DNA of 64,000 bases from Vicinamibacterales bacterium (GCA_029940535.1 JAPYUM010000001.1:3480-67479); one strand, 5' to 3'; counted from the first letter of the stretch, positions 11,277 through 21,790 are shown. The notes: generated by a model not told the origin, from the letters alone. A program made the numbers and translations.

Positions 11277-12269
11277 ATGTTGTGGAAAGGCTTCCAGCGA
11301 CCGAAGCGGCTGGAGTTCGACGCCGAAACGTTGACCGAGCGGTTCGGCCGATTTCATGCCCAGCCGTTCGAGCGCGGTTTCGGGACGACCATCGGGAACG
11401 CGCTACGACGTGTGTTGCTGTCGGCCATCGAGGGCGCCGCAGTGACAGCCGTGAAGATCGATACGGTCCTGCACGAATTCTCACCAATTCCCGGTGTAGT
11501 GGAGGACGCGACCGATATCATCCTGAATCTCAAGGAGATCCCGATCAAGCTCCACGCGGATCAGACAAAGACGCTATATCTCCGGGCCGACAAGGCCGGT
11601 GAAGTTACGGCGGGGGATCTCGAGTCCGATGGGGACGTCGAAATCCTCGAACCTGATCTGCACATTGCCACCGTCGCAGACGGCGGTTCGCTGCACATGG
11701 AGATGCGTGTGAAGCAAGGGCGCGGCTATGTGGCGGCCGACAAGAACTTCGATGAGGATCTGGGCATCGGATGGATTCCGGTCGACGCGGTGCACTCGCC
11801 GGTTCGCAAGGTCAACTACTTCGTCGAAGCGGCCCGTCTGGGTCAGACGACCGACTACGACAAGTTGTCCGTTGATGTCTGGACCGACGGCACGGTGACC
11901 GCGCGCGACGCGATCTCCTTGGGCGCGAAGCTCGTGCGTGATCACTTGAGTATTTTTATCAATCTCGAGGATCCGGTTGACGTGCCACTCGAGCAGGATG
12001 CCGACGTGCTGCCGTCAGAGGCGAACGAGCATCTGGACAAGAGCGTCGAGGAACTCGAGCTCTCGGTGCGGTCCTACAACTGCCTGAAGAACGCGAACAT
12101 TCGAACGATTCGCGAGTTGGTGCAGAAGAGCGAACCGGAGATGCTGCGCACCAAGAACTTCGGCCGCAAGTCGCTCAACGAGATCAAGGAAATCCTCCAG
12201 AGTATGGGGCTTGGCCTCGGTATGCGACTCGACGAAGCGGCGGTCGCGGACGTCGAAGCGGAGGCGTAG
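11277..12269 (+). CDS. rpoA: DNA-directed RNA polymerase alpha subunit
   Basis: 330 aa with the N-terminal dimerisation domain and the alpha-CTD ([23 protein letters not shown]). Confidence 0.97.
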   Translation: MLWKGFQRPKRLEFDAETLTERFGRFHAQPFERGFGTTIGNALRRVLLSAIEGAAVTAVKIDTVLHEFSPIPGVVEDATDIILNLKEIPIKLHADQTKTLYLRADKAGEVTAGDLESDGDVEILEPDLHIATVADGGSLHMEMRVKQGRGYVAADKNFDEDLGIGWIPVDAVHSPVRKVNYFVEAARLGQTTDYDKLSVDVWTDGTVTARDAISLGAKLVRDHLSIFINLEDPVDVPLEQDADVLPSEANEHLDKSVEELELSVRSYNCLKNANIRTIRELVQKSEPEMLRTKNFGRKSLNEIKEILQSMGLGLGMRLDEAAVADVEAEA

Positions 12270-12271
12270 TT

Positions 12272-12814
12272 ATGCGTCATCGAGTAGCGCACCGTAAATT
12301 GGGGCGAGTCACCGAGCATCGGCTCGCCTTGCTCCGCAATCAGTCGACGATGTTGTTGCGTCATGAGCGCATCGACACCACCCTGGCCAAGGCCAAGGAA
12401 TTGCGTCCGTTCGTCGAGCGCTTGATCACCGTGGCCAAACGAGGCCTGGTGGATGGGACCGACACGACCCGGGCGCTCCACGCTCGTCGGCTTGTCGCGC
12501 GCGACCTGGCCGACAAGAAAGTGGTCAGCAAGCTGTTCGACTCGATCGCGCCCAGGTTCGCCGACCGTCCCGGAGGGTACGCCCGCGTGCTACGTTTGGG
12601 TCGGCGTCAAGGGGACTGCGCCGAGATCGCGCAGATCGAACTCGTCGGCAGCGAATACGATCCAACCGCCGACCAGGCAGGCGAATCGACGCAACCGGAG
12701 GTTGCCGCGTCGGGTGGTGGGGTCGGTGGCCGGCTGCGGGACGCCGCCAAGCGGCTCACCGGCGGTGACAAGGACAAGAAGGACACATCGGACGCGGATA
12801 CCGCCGACGAGTAG
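12272..12814 (+). CDS. rplQ: 50S ribosomal protein L17 with about 60-aa low-complexity C-terminal tail
   Basis: Canonical start [23 protein letters not shown]; follows rpoA. Confidence 0.93.
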   Translation: MRHRVAHRKLGRVTEHRLALLRNQSTMLLRHERIDTTLAKAKELRPFVERLITVAKRGLVDGTDTTRALHARRLVARDLADKKVVSKLFDSIAPRFADRPGGYARVLRLGRRQGDCAEIAQIELVGSEYDPTADQAGESTQPEVAASGGGVGGRLRDAAKRLTGGDKDKKDTSDADTADE

Positions 12815-12856
12815 TCTGCACAGTCAGTCACCACGGGCCGTTAGCCGCGGCGAACG

Positions 12857-14947
12857 CTACCCTTCGTCGTCGTCCGAATGTCCGCTCTCGGCTTTTGCGT
12901 CGGCGATGACTTTGTCCCTGATGTTGGACGGGGCCTCTTCGTAGTGTGAAAACTCCATGTGGTACGAGCCGCGGCCGCCCGTGGCTGAGGTGAGCTGCTG
13001 CTCGTAGGTCAGCATCTCTGCCATCGGCACCTGCGCCTTGATCGCGGTGGACGCGCCGCGGGTTTCCATTCCGCCGATACGGCCCCGCCGGCTGTTCAGG
13101 TCTCCCATGAGGTCGCCGGCGAAATCACTCGGGGCATAGACCTCGACGCTCATCACCGGCTCGAGAATCGTCGGCTTGGCTCGCGACATGGCGTCGCGGA
13201 ACGCCAGTCGCCCGGCCATCCTGAATGACATCTCGTTGGAGTCGACGGGGTGGAACGACCCATCATAAAGTATGACGGCGAAGTCCACCATCGGATACCC
13301 GGCGAGGAAGCCGCTGGTGCGCGCCTCCTGTATACCCTTCTCGATCGCGGGGATGAATCCGCGGGGGATCGACCCGCCGAAGATCTCGTCGATGAACTGA
13401 AAATCCTCGCCCCGCTCGAGTGGCCTGACCTTGATCTTGCAGTCGCCGAACTGTCCGTGCCCTCCGGTTTGCTTCTTGTGGCGGCCGTGAGCCTCGGTCG
13501 CGGCCCGGATCGTTTCCCGATAGGGGATCCGGGGTAGGTGGAGATTCACCTCCACGCCGAAGCGACGCTTGAGCTTGGCGACCGTCACCTCGATATGGAG
13601 CTGTCCCTGACCGGACAGCAAGAGCTGAGTGGTCCGTGGGTCGCGCGCATACCGAATCGTGGGGTCTTCCTCCCCCAGCCGTTGCAATGCGGTGCTGATC
13701 TTCTCCTCGTCGCCGCGACTCTTCGGTTCGATGGCGTACGACAGCACGGGCTCCGTGAATTGAAATGGCGCGAATCGCCAGGCCGTGCCCTTGGCGGCCA
13801 GGGTGTCGCCGGTCCGGGTGTCCTTGAGCTTGGCGACCGTGCCGAGGTCTCCCGCCATGATTTCGGCGACGGTCTCCTGGGTCTTGCCCTGCATCACGGC
13901 GACACTTCCGATTCGCTCGTCGACGTCGGTGCTGACGTTGTGGATGACCGAGTCAGCCTTCAACGATCCGCTGGCCACCCGAAACATGGTGATGCGTCCC
14001 GCGAAGGGGTCAGCGATAGTCTTCCAGACCAGCGCGGTTGACGTGGCCTGGACCGGGTCATGCGAGGCGGGCGCGCCCTCGCCATCCACGATGGGGAGCG
14101 CGCGCTGCTCGGGAGACGGCACATAGTTGAGGATGGTGTCGAGGAGCGGCTGAATACCGAGATTCGATGTCGCCGACGTGCACACGACTGGGAACACATG
14201 TCGCCCGGCCGTGGCGGTCCGCAGGCCAGCCTCGAGTTCTTCTTGTGTGAGCGTGCCGGCTTCGAAGAACTGCTCCATCAGGCTGTCGTCGGCCTCGGCC
14301 ACCAGCTCGATCAGGGCCTCCCGTGCGGCGCCAGCCTCGTCCGCCAGTTCCGCCGGCACCTCGCCGACGGTCGCCGTACGACCGTCACCATCGAAGGTGA
14401 CAGCCTTCATGGCGACCAGATCGACGACCCCACGAAAGTCGTGTTCCGCGCCAATCGGGAGCTGGATCGGTACTACCGTGCGTCCGAATCCAGCCTGCAG
14501 CGATTCCAGAGAGCGTTCCAGACTGCCGCGTTCCCGGTCGAGTCGGTTCAGTACCACGAGACAGGGCAGATCAAGCTCGGCGGCGGCCGTCCACACCTTC
14601 TCGGTGATGACCTCGGAACCGTGGACGGCGTCGACGACCACCACGGCGGCGTCAGCGATCCGCATCGCGGAACACGCGTCGCTGAAGAAATTTGCCATCC
14701 CCGGCGTGTCGATCAGGTTGATCTTGGATTGCTTCCACTCGGCATACGCGGTGCTCGCGGACAGCGTGTGCTTGCGAGCAATTTCCTCTTCGTCGAAATC
14801 GGTGACGGTCGTCCCGTCGTCGACCTGTCCCAGTCGGTTCACCGCGTCGGTGTCGAACAAGATGGCCGACGCCAGCTGGGTCTTCCCTGAACCACTGTGG
14901 CCGACCAGCGCCACGTTGCGGATGTGCTGTGCATCGTAGACCTTCAT
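12857..14947 (-). CDS. Elongation factor G paralogue (EF-G2-like translational GTPase)
   Basis: 696 aa with G motifs GHSGSGKT, DTPG and NRLD. Collinear with EF-G domains II-V but not in a str-operon context. Confidence 0.88.
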   Translation of the reverse strand: MKVYDAQHIRNVALVGHSGSGKTQLASAILFDTDAVNRLGQVDDGTTVTDFDEEEIARKHTLSASTAYAEWKQSKINLIDTPGMANFFSDACSAMRIADAAVVVVDAVHGSEVITEKVWTAAAELDLPCLVVLNRLDRERGSLERSLESLQAGFGRTVVPIQLPIGAEHDFRGVVDLVAMKAVTFDGDGRTATVGEVPAELADEAGAAREALIELVAEADDSLMEQFFEAGTLTQEELEAGLRTATAGRHVFPVVCTSATSNLGIQPLLDTILNYVPSPEQRALPIVDGEGAPASHDPVQATSTALVWKTIADPFAGRITMFRVASGSLKADSVIHNVSTDVDERIGSVAVMQGKTQETVAEIMAGDLGTVAKLKDTRTGDTLAAKGTAWRFAPFQFTEPVLSYAIEPKSRGDEEKISTALQRLGEEDPTIRYARDPRTTQLLLSGQGQLHIEVTVAKLKRRFGVEVNLHLPRIPYRETIRAATEAHGRHKKQTGGHGQFGDCKIKVRPLERGEDFQFIDEIFGGSIPRGFIPAIEKGIQEARTSGFLAGYPMVDFAVILYDGSFHPVDSNEMSFRMAGRLAFRDAMSRAKPTILEPVMSVEVYAPSDFAGDLMGDLNSRRGRIGGMETRGASTAIKAQVPMAEMLTYEQQLTSATGGRGSYHMEFSHYEEAPSNIRDKVIADAKAESGHSDDDEG

Positions 14948-15050
14948 CGTTCGACTATCCTCCTGGGGCGCGGTGTCAGGCGGTCTGGGCGTGCGAATCC
15001 ATCATCGTATGCGACTCGGGGGTGGGGCTCAAGGGGGGGGGCTACCTCCG

Positions 15051-16343
15051 CTATTCGTAGCGTAGCGCCTCGATCGGATCGAGGTTGGAGGCCTTGACGG
15101 CGGGGAAGAGACCAAACACGATCCCGACGGTGGCCGAGAAGCCGATGCCGAGCGCGAATGACCACCAAGGCAATGAGACCGGAAATCCGGTGATGTAGTG
15201 CACGGCGAGTCCGATCCCGCTACCGAGGAGGCTCCCCAGCACTCCGCCGATGGCCGTTAGGAAACTTGCTTCGAGGAGAAATTGCCAGAGAATCTCTCGG
15301 CGCTTCGCCCCGATCGCCCGGCGGGTCCCGATTTCTCGGGTGCGCTCGGTCACGGAGATCGTCATGATGGCCATCACGCCGATACCACCCACGAGTAGAG
15401 CGATTGACGACACAACTATTAGGGTGAGGAATGTCGCGGCGCTGATCTGATCCCAGAGCCCGAGAATTGCATCCTGGGTCATGACATCGAAGTCATTTTC
15501 TTCGTGGAGTCGTAGCCGATGTCGGATTCGCATGACCCGCTCGATTTCGGCCAGCGCCACGTCTCGGTCGACGTCCTCGTGCGGCACGGCGCCGATCATC
15601 ACGGCCCGCATTTCGCCACCCATCATCCGTTCTGCGCGAATACCGAACTGTTTCTGGTAGGTCGTGTGGGGAATCACAACGAACTCATCCTGCCCGGCAT
15701 TAAATCCACCTGGGCTGGGCATTTCGTCCGCGACACCGATGACCGTGTAGCGCCTATTGCCAACGCGTACGCGTTTGCCGATTGGATCGACATTTGGAAA
15801 CAGTGCCTGTGCCGGTGTCTGCCCCAGTACAACGACGGCGGCTCGACGCTGGGTCTCACTCAGCGTGAAGAAGCGGCCTGCCGCGAGTCCCGCGTTGAAT
15901 ACCTGCTGGTAGTACGGGGTCGAACCGAACACGGTGAGCTGCCTGGTCCGTTCCGACCGATAATAGACCCTGGCCATGGTCGGGGGGCCGCCCTGCCCGA
16001 GTACGATGTCGACCCAGGCCAGCGATTCAGCTTCTTCGTCGATTGCCGCAGCGTCGTCAGGGGTCAGGTTGGGCCGGCGCAACAAGTCGATGAAGTCCCG
16101 TCCTGAGCCCAGGCTTGTGAACGCGAACTTCGTAATGAAGATGGTGTCTGACCCCATGCTTCGAATGCTGTCGCGGAGAGACTGGTCGAGACCGCGGATG
16201 AGCGAGGTGCTTCCCACAATCGACATGATCCCAATGACGATGCCGAGGATGGTCAGTCCGGAACGGACCTTCTGCTCGCGAATGGTGTTGACCGCCATCG
16301 AGACGATTTCACCGAAGAGGCCGCTACGGAGGTTGTTCTCCAT
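15051..16343 (-). CDS. MacB/FtsX-family ABC transporter permease (no fused ATPase)
   Basis: 430 aa: N-terminal TM, large periplasmic domain, and a C-terminal 3-TM FtsX module containing RTREIGTRRAIGA. Confidence 0.85.
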   Translation of the reverse strand: MENNLRSGLFGEIVSMAVNTIREQKVRSGLTILGIVIGIMSIVGSTSLIRGLDQSLRDSIRSMGSDTIFITKFAFTSLGSGRDFIDLLRRPNLTPDDAAAIDEEAESLAWVDIVLGQGGPPTMARVYYRSERTRQLTVFGSTPYYQQVFNAGLAAGRFFTLSETQRRAAVVVLGQTPAQALFPNVDPIGKRVRVGNRRYTVIGVADEMPSPGGFNAGQDEFVVIPHTTYQKQFGIRAERMMGGEMRAVMIGAVPHEDVDRDVALAEIERVMRIRHRLRLHEENDFDVMTQDAILGLWDQISAATFLTLIVVSSIALLVGGIGVMAIMTISVTERTREIGTRRAIGAKRREILWQFLLEASFLTAIGGVLGSLLGSGIGLAVHYITGFPVSLPWWSFALGIGFSATVGIVFGLFPAVKASNLDPIEALRYE

Positions 16344-16348
16344 GATGG

Positions 16349-17572
16349 TTAGGTCCGACCCAGGGCGAAAATTGGGTCGAGCGCCGCCGCCTTGGAAGCC
16401 GGATAGAGGCCGAAAAACACCCCGACTACGGCGGTCAGTGAAATACCAAGCACAACCGACCAGGGGTGCACGGCGGCTGGAACCGGGGTCACCGAACTGA
16501 GACCAATGGCGATGCCTGAGCCGAGCGCGGTTCCAAGGATGCCACCGGCGACTGAGAGGATGACGGTCTCAGCCAGGATTTGCCATAGCAGGTCTCGGCG
16601 TCTGGCGCCCAGGGCTTTGCGCAGTCCAATCTCTCGCGTCCGTTCAGAGACCACCATCAGCATGATATTCATGATGACAATGCCCCCAACGACCAGGGAG
16701 AGGCTGACGATCCCGACGAGCACGGCGAAGATCCCGCTGGTCGCTTGGTCGTACAGGTCTAGCGCGGTGCCTGCCGTGAAGAACCCGAAGTTGTTGTCTT
16801 CTCCAGGACGTAACCGTCGTTCGATTCGTAGTGCGACGGTCGCGTCGTCCATCGCGAGGTCCATTTGTTCGGGCGTTCCCGGACGGGCTCTGAGCTCTAT
16901 CGACGGTCGCGCGCCGAAGAGTTTACGGAAGCGACCCATGGGGATAATGACGAATTCATCTTGAGACTGCCCCATGAATGAGGGTGACGATTCGCTGACG
17001 CCGACTACGCGGAAGTTGACACCCTGGATCTTGATGACTTTGTCGATGGGGTCGACGGTGTCGAAGAGTCGTTCGGCGGTTCCGTATCCGAGCACCGTGA
17101 CACCCCGGTCGCGTTCGATCTCGGTGGGACTCATGAGCCGACCACGCTCGGCGGTGAACGCTGGAAAATCGACGTAATCCTCCGTGACCCCACGAACCCC
17201 CACACTCTCAAGTAATTGGCCTCGGTAGCGGACCTCCCCGCTTTGGCCTGCTTCGGCCATGACGGCCCTCAGGTTGGTGCCGTTCCGCTGGACCGCCTCA
17301 GCATCGTCGAGCGACACGCGCGGGTTGTTTCGCGTTGCGTCTTCCTCTGCCTCGGTCAACACGAGACCCGTTCGCTCGATTGTGAACGAATCTGACCCGA
17401 GTTCAGAGACGATGAGGTTTGAGACCTCGGCGTTCACGCCCTGGATCAACGAGACGACCGCAATGATCGATCCGACCGATACGATGTTGCCGAGAATGGT
17501 GAGCGTGGACCGGAGCTTACTTGACCAGATAGCGCCCAGGGCGATGGCGGTGAGATCAAGAGTACGGCGCAT
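16349..17572 (-). CDS. MacB/FtsX-family ABC transporter permease (no fused ATPase)
   Basis: 407 aa with the same architecture as its neighbour (RTREIGLRKALGA). Confidence 0.85.
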   Translation of the reverse strand: MRRTLDLTAIALGAIWSSKLRSTLTILGNIVSVGSIIAVVSLIQGVNAEVSNLIVSELGSDSFTIERTGLVLTEAEEDATRNNPRVSLDDAEAVQRNGTNLRAVMAEAGQSGEVRYRGQLLESVGVRGVTEDYVDFPAFTAERGRLMSPTEIERDRGVTVLGYGTAERLFDTVDPIDKVIKIQGVNFRVVGVSESSPSFMGQSQDEFVIIPMGRFRKLFGARPSIELRARPGTPEQMDLAMDDATVALRIERRLRPGEDNNFGFFTAGTALDLYDQATSGIFAVLVGIVSLSLVVGGIVIMNIMLMVVSERTREIGLRKALGARRRDLLWQILAETVILSVAGGILGTALGSGIAIGLSSVTPVPAAVHPWSVVLGISLTAVVGVFFGLYPASKAAALDPIFALGRT

Positions 17573-17610
17573 TGGGTTCCCCCTGCATCAGTGTCTGGAT
17601 GAACTCGAGT

Positions 17611-19053
17611 TCACCCACCAATGCGGAGTCGGAATCCACCCTGTGAGTCGGTGTCTGAACTGTTCCCTGGGCCGCCTCTGCTTTGTGCACCTCCGACTAC
17701 CCTGATCGCATCGCCATCATTTAGATTTCGGACCTCGCTGAACGGGCCGGTAATGACGAGGTCGCCCTCAACGACCCCGTAGAGTGCCTCGAAGTGGCGT
17801 TCACCTGCGATTCCGGTCACGACCGGCAAGAAGACGGCTTGGCCCTGGCGTGCGACGAAGACTCCTTCGAGTTCTTCCCCTTCTGCGTCGTCGTCACGAA
17901 CGGTCTCGTCCTCGACGGCGCCATCTCCCCCAAATCGCATGCTGAACCGCATCCCAATCGGGTTCCCGTCGAGGGTTTCCTCTTCGTCTTCGCGGATCAC
18001 CTGCCGTACCATCTGCCCGTTGGCGTCGAGTATGACTTCGCGGACGGTCGCCGATTGAATCGGAATCGCGATCGTGTCGTCGCGGACGGCGGTGGTGATG
18101 TCGGCCGTGCAGGTGAAGCCCGGACGGACATTCGGGATTTCGTCATTAAGCGTGACCACGACCTTGAAGTTGGTGGCCTGCGTGCCGGCCCCTTGGCCGG
18201 CCTGGATCGGGCTGTTGCCGATCTCGGTCACGATTCCCGCGAACTCTTCGTCCGGCAGCGCGTCAATGGTCACCACTGCCGATTGCCCCAACCGGATGCT
18301 CGGAATGTCTGTCTCGTCCACTTCTACCTCGGCCTCGATTACCGAGAGATCGGCGATGGTGGCGAGTACGGTGCCAGCGTTGTTCATAGTGCCGATGACG
18401 ACCGTCTCCCCCTCTTCGATGTTTCGTCGGGTGACCACTCCCGCGAAGGGCGAGGTAATCGTGACCTTCGTCAGATCGTAGCGGGCGCTGTCGAGGTTCG
18501 CTTCTTCCTGGCGGATCCGTTCAGTCTGCGTTTCCACGTCGACCTCACGCGCTCGCAGCTCAGTCTCGCGAAGCGTGACGTCGGTCAGGGCCTGCTCGTA
18601 GGATTCTCGCGAGACCAGTCTGAGCTCCCACAGGTTCTGCTGCCGCTCGAGATTGTCGCGGGCCAACTGTAGGGTGACCGTCGCCGTTTCGATCGCGACC
18701 TCGAGCTGCCGTTGAGAGGACCGCGACGCACGCAGCGACGCTTCGCCCCGGTCAACCGCCGAGCGCAGCGTTTCCGGGTCGATCTCCATGAGGAACTGGC
18801 CGCGGTCGACACGGTCGCCTTCGTTGAACGCGAGACGGGTCACTCGTCCCATCGTGTCGGCGCTGATGTCGACGGTCAGTTGCGGCACGATGGTGCCGGA
18901 TGCGGACACGACCGCCTTGAGCGCTCGACGCTCGATGCGCTCGACTTCCACCTCGGGACCCGTGGGCCGTGCGAACGTCAGGTTGACGTAGACGAGCGCG
19001 CCACCAATGGCCAGGACCACAACTACCAAGAGCACCTTGCGAAGACCGGTCAA
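17611..19053 (-). CDS. HlyD/MacA-type periplasmic adaptor (membrane fusion protein) with acidic insertion
   Basis: 480 aa with an N-terminal anchor, a coiled-coil hairpin region and beta-barrel segments typical of the MFP family. Confidence 0.85.
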   Translation of the reverse strand: MTGLRKVLLVVVVLAIGGALVYVNLTFARPTGPEVEVERIERRALKAVVSASGTIVPQLTVDISADTMGRVTRLAFNEGDRVDRGQFLMEIDPETLRSAVDRGEASLRASRSSQRQLEVAIETATVTLQLARDNLERQQNLWELRLVSRESYEQALTDVTLRETELRAREVDVETQTERIRQEEANLDSARYDLTKVTITSPFAGVVTRRNIEEGETVVIGTMNNAGTVLATIADLSVIEAEVEVDETDIPSIRLGQSAVVTIDALPDEEFAGIVTEIGNSPIQAGQGAGTQATNFKVVVTLNDEIPNVRPGFTCTADITTAVRDDTIAIPIQSATVREVILDANGQMVRQVIREDEEETLDGNPIGMRFSMRFGGDGAVEDETVRDDDAEGEELEGVFVARQGQAVFLPVVTGIAGERHFEALYGVVEGDLVITGPFSEVRNLNDGDAIRVVGGAQSRGGPGNSSDTDSQGGFRLRIGG

Positions 19054-19057
19054 CGAT

Positions 19058-19810
19058 TCAACCTCCCATCCGGGACAATGCGAACCCCCCGCCGATCGCG
19101 ATCACGGCATACAGGAGGTAGAAACCAGTGGCGATGGGTCCGGTGCGCCTCCCATAGAGGACGGCGGTTCCGATCGACAACACGAAGAGTTGCCAGACGA
19201 CGAACAAGTCAATGAGGCCCAGCGTCCGGTCCGCGAAGGAGCCCTCTTCGAGCATCGGAAAGAAGGCCGCTACGGTGGTCGGATTGCCCATGGCACCTCG
19301 CGCGTAGTTCAGCGGGACGACAAACAGTTGCTGCACGATGTTGATGGCCCCGGCGTGCGCCACCACCGCATACATGGCGCGGAAACTGGCGCCGCCGCCG
19401 AACGCGACATACCCCACGGTCCAGACCACGCCGGCGATGACGAGGGTGACGACGGGAATCGAGACCAGAACCCCGCCGCCGGTGAAGTATATCGCGCCCT
19501 CGAGTTGGCGCTTGAGCTGGCCATAGACCTCCTCCGAGACGGTGATCCCGAACGCCTCCATGGCGCTGACCTGTTGCTCCAGCAGCATCTGCTGGCCGAG
19601 CTCGGTGCTCACGAGCCAGCTGCTGGCGCCGGCACCGATCAGCGCGATGGCCAGCAACGCGCCTAGCCACCGCGGCTTCTGCACGACGACCTCGAACGTT
19701 CGCCGAGGTGAGAAAAGCACGCCGACCAACCGTCCGATCAAACCCATGTCTCGGATGGGCGCCGCCTGCGCCAATTTCTCGCGAGACTCTGGTTCCGTGG
19801 TATCGGTCAT
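19058..19810 (-). CDS. Yip1-domain integral membrane protein
   Basis: 250 aa with about 5 TM helices after a soluble N-terminus. The family call is from memory only. Stop lies 4 nt upstream of the adaptor gene start. Confidence 0.65.
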   Translation of the reverse strand: MTDTTEPESREKLAQAAPIRDMGLIGRLVGVLFSPRRTFEVVVQKPRWLGALLAIALIGAGASSWLVSTELGQQMLLEQQVSAMEAFGITVSEEVYGQLKRQLEGAIYFTGGGVLVSIPVVTLVIAGVVWTVGYVAFGGGASFRAMYAVVAHAGAINIVQQLFVVPLNYARGAMGNPTTVAAFFPMLEEGSFADRTLGLIDLFVVWQLFVLSIGTAVLYGRRTGPIATGFYLLYAVIAIGGGFALSRMGG

Positions 19811-19986
19811 GGGGGGGGTGGCGACCTCGGCTCAACGGTGCCGTTCACCCGAACCCGGGTGAAAAAACCAGAGCACACTATTCTACCGCGTGTGACCCGC
19901 CAGCACGGGCAGTCGCCATAATGCCCCCTTGTTGGATAGACGAGTCGCGACGGTCGAATGTTCTCGAAGCCGCGGAGCAGCGCATC

Positions 19987-20016
19987 TTGACACGGTGCGA
20001 CGCGTTGACCTAGTGT
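19987..20016 (+). promoter_or_regulatory. Candidate sigma-70 promoter for pdaD (TTGACA-18 nt-TAGTGT)
   Basis: TTGACA at 19987-19992 and TAGTGT at 20011-20016. This implies a leader of about 155 nt. Confidence 0.3.
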
Positions 20017-20175
20017 CCTGTCACGTGGCGACACGAGTAAACGTGACCGGCTTCGGCGCCACGTGCACTACGAGTTCCAGACGGGACCACCGCACCACCT
20101 TCTGAGGCAAGACACGAGGACGGTTCGCTGCCTCGGCGTGCGTCGTCGAGGCCAACAAGAGTCCCGGAGCGTGAC

Positions 20176-20727
20176 GTGATCGAACTCGTCCCCAAAGAAC
20201 TGTTCTTTACGAAGGGCGTTGGCAAGCACCGCGAGAAGCTCACCTCCTTCGAGCTCGCCCTGCGCTCGGCCGGCATCGCCGCCTGCAATCTGGTGCGCGT
20301 GTCCAGTATCTTTCCTCCGGGGTGCAAGATCCTGTCGAAGACCGCCGGCATCCGGAAGTTGAAACCGGGGCAGGTAACCTTCGTCGTGATGTCCGAAACG
20401 GCGACCCGCGAGGCGCATCGGCTGATCGCGGCCACGATCGGCGTGGCAATTCCGCGCGACCGCAAACTGTTCGGCTACCTGTCCGAGCATCACAGTTTCG
20501 GCGAGAACGAAGAGACCGCGGGTGACTACGCCGAAGAATTGGCGGCGGAGATGCTGGCGACCACGCTCGGCCTCGACTTCGATCCCGACGAGAGCTGGGA
20601 TGAGAAGAAGGAAGTGTACCGGCTGTCCAACCAGATCGTCCGGACGCAGAACGTCACCCAGACCGCCGTCGGAGACAAGAGCGGGCTCTGGACGACGGTG
20701 ATCGCCGCCGCGGTCCTGGTCGGATGA
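20176..20727 (+). CDS. pdaD: Pyruvoyl-dependent arginine decarboxylase
   Basis: 183 aa with a GTG start. KGVGKH...NLVRVSSIFPPGC contains the Ser-Ser self-processing site typical of PvlArgDC. Confidence 0.85.
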   Translation: MIELVPKELFFTKGVGKHREKLTSFELALRSAGIAACNLVRVSSIFPPGCKILSKTAGIRKLKPGQVTFVVMSETATREAHRLIAATIGVAIPRDRKLFGYLSEHHSFGENEETAGDYAEELAAEMLATTLGLDFDPDESWDEKKEVYRLSNQIVRTQNVTQTAVGDKSGLWTTVIAAAVLVG

Positions 20728-20782
20728 GGGGCCGACTCAGCGCCGGCGTGGGAAGCGAATGGGATGACTCGTGCGATGTTAA

Positions 20783-21790
20783 TTGATGGTGTCTGATTCC
20801 CGTTCGCGCCGTTCGCGTATGTTCCGCGGACTCGTGCGGTGCGTAGTGGGTTCCGCGCTACTGGCGGGAGCGCCAGTCTACGCGCAGCCCTTCGAGACGG
20901 TCGGAGTGCGCGCCCTCGGCATGGGTGGCGCTTTCGTTGCCGTGGCCGACGATGCGACCGCGAACTACTGGAACCCGGCCGGTCTGGCGGACCTGTTCTT
21001 CAGTGCTGTGTTGGACGTGCAGCGCACCGACACCCGTCTGAGTCCAGACCCGTTTCTGCGTGAAGGCACACGTGATGGCACGACGTTTGTGTCGATGGCC
21101 AGTCCGTCGTTGGGCTTGAGTTACTATCGGATACGGTCGTTTCAGCTCGACCGATCGGGCGAGGAGTCGGCGTCCCTCGGGGCGCTGGTGACGCAGCATG
21201 CGGGACTGACCCTGGTGCAGCCATTTTTGCCGGGCGTGACCCTGGCCACGGTGGTGAAGGTGGTGCGTGGCACGGTGGCGGTCGGGCTCGGTGACGGGCT
21301 CGCGCCGGCCAGCGATCTGTTCGACCAAGCCTCGGCGTTGGAAGGGCCTGGGACGACACGCTTCGACCTTGACGTGGGCGTGATGGTCAACCTGGGACGC
21401 GCCAGGCTGGGTCTCGTTGGCCGCAACCTTCGTCGGCCGGAGTTCACGGACGGAGACGGACGGGTCGTCACGCTGGCGAGGCAGCTGAGGATCGGGTTCA
21501 TGCTGCGCCCGACCGCGTCGCTCACCCTCGCCGTCGATGCTGACCTCAGCACGATAGAGACCGTTATTGGTCCCCGGCGTTCCGTCGCCGTTGGCGTCGA
21601 ACAGCGTCTTGGACGCCTCGTCGTGCGTGGTGGTGGCCGTGTCAATACTGAAGACGACAATTCCGAGCCGGTGGGAGCGGTCGGGCTGAGCCTCGAGTTG
21701 ATCTCCGGTCTCTGGGTCGACGGTCAGTTCACCGGTGGTCGCGACGAGGGCGATCGCGGCTGGGGCCTCTCAACCCGCGTCGGCTTCTAG
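20783..21790 (+). CDS. Outer-membrane beta-barrel protein (FadL/TraF/PorV-like N-terminal motif)
   Basis: Signal peptide ending AGAPVYAQ, motif ALGMGGAFVAVADDATANYWNPAGLA, and a C-terminal Phe (RVGF). The start may be M13 at 20819. Confidence 0.55.
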   Translation: MMVSDSRSRRSRMFRGLVRCVVGSALLAGAPVYAQPFETVGVRALGMGGAFVAVADDATANYWNPAGLADLFFSAVLDVQRTDTRLSPDPFLREGTRDGTTFVSMASPSLGLSYYRIRSFQLDRSGEESASLGALVTQHAGLTLVQPFLPGVTLATVVKVVRGTVAVGLGDGLAPASDLFDQASALEGPGTTRFDLDVGVMVNLGRARLGLVGRNLRRPEFTDGDGRVVTLARQLRIGFMLRPTASLTLAVDADLSTIETVIGPRRSVAVGVEQRLGRLVVRGGGRVNTEDDNSEPVGAVGLSLELISGLWVDGQFTGGRDEGDRGWGLSTRVGF

